Assembly (NCBI RefSeq): GCF_037042905.1
Contig: NC_087245.1
Span: 2,606,001 to 2,670,000, forward strand
DNA from: Lytechinus pictus
Lineage: Eukaryota
Direction: 5' to 3'
Length of the DNA stretch: 64,000 bases
Shown here one piece after another: positions 63,226 to 64,000 of the stretch; the first letter of the stretch is position 1; every line of letters starts with the position of its first letter. The notes beneath the pieces are model-generated. The model did not search any database. It was not told where the DNA came from and saw only the letters and a list, made by a program, of their open reading frames with translations. Position numbers and translations under genes: made by a program.

Positions 63226-64000
63226 CCCCCCCCCCCGGTCATGTAAACAACTTTATGTATGTTTACATGCAAACACAGTGTATGGAAGGGTATCTTTAAT
63301 GGTCACATTTTCAAAATAAAGGTTTCCAACCAGGACAATATTTGATCTTTCTCTTCATCATTAATTTTGTCTAAAAGCAAATTTAATCATCAATACCCAC
63401 ATTTACATAGAAGTTTATGAATGAAATTTTTTTTTTAGAAACATACATTACACAATACATTTACTTACAAAAAAAGTGTCAAAAGTGACATATCCAGTCT
63501 ATACAAAGAAGCCAGAGAACCTATTATTTCTCAAAAGATTGAATATATTCTGATATCAAAATACGCATAAAAGGTTACCCCCTCCCTCACTAATAAAAAA
63601 AAAGTATCATCTTGGGACCATCATAAAGGAACAACTATATGGGTGAAAGTTTTATTCATGGTTTAATAAGTGAATATTCCTGGGATTATTTATTGTATTT
63701 GAAGTAATGTTACATATTTCGACGTGCAGATATATTTCAGAAGATTTTATCTAGTTAAAAAAAAATTATGTTTAAAAAAAGTGGTATCATTCTTGTCTTT
63801 AGATTGTCTAAATTTAAAGCCAACTGGACTAATTTAGATTTGATTATCTAGAATTTGTTGCTTCCTTTCTTTTAATGTATATTTTTAATTTCATGTTATT
63901 TTGTAAAAGAATCTCTGATATAAATTTGTTTGATTAGCGAATTGAATCAACCTTTTTCCCCCTTCAAATTAATAAAGAAGTTAACTTACCAATTTCTGAA

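Noticed and set aside
49000..64000. DIP2 N-terminal DMAP1-binding exons (LSEGDITQKGYEKK)
   Set aside because: No matching sequence found by eye; they probably lie beyond the window. The short ORFs listed here fall in MITEs or AT-rich intron.

Overview
AT-rich, intron-rich animal genomic DNA. The repeat repertoire suggests a marine invertebrate, probably a sea urchin (inference). Two genes lie tail-to-tail. (1) On the + strand is a 7-exon GLTP-domain lipid-transfer gene of the PLEKHA8/FAPP2 type (about 2.5-12.2 kb); no PH-domain exons are visible in the window. (2) On the - strand is a DIP2 gene: 36 coding exons reconstructed by hand between 48998 and 18587 with consistent GT-AG phases, about 1483 codons. 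Its N-terminal DMAP1-binding exons were not found and presumably lie beyond base 64000. Introns and flanks carry many mobile elements: a Tc1 end with a single nonsense codon, TTAA-flanked Kolobok-like MITEs, nested hAT MITEs with perfect 8-bp TSDs, Harbinger-type MITEs (one keeps a Myb/SANT fragment), a Helentron/HINE-like element with an internal satellite, tRNA-derived SINEs and a CR1/L2 LINE 3' end. The most interesting unexplained signals are a 12-nt in-frame candidate microexon in DIP2, a 117-nt symmetric candidate exon in its large 5' intron, a duplicated splice donor, and a phospho-FFAT-like motif in the GLTP protein. I found no CRISPR or other prokaryote-type system and no clearly novel multi-gene system. 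Most of the short ORFs in the supplied track are spurious.
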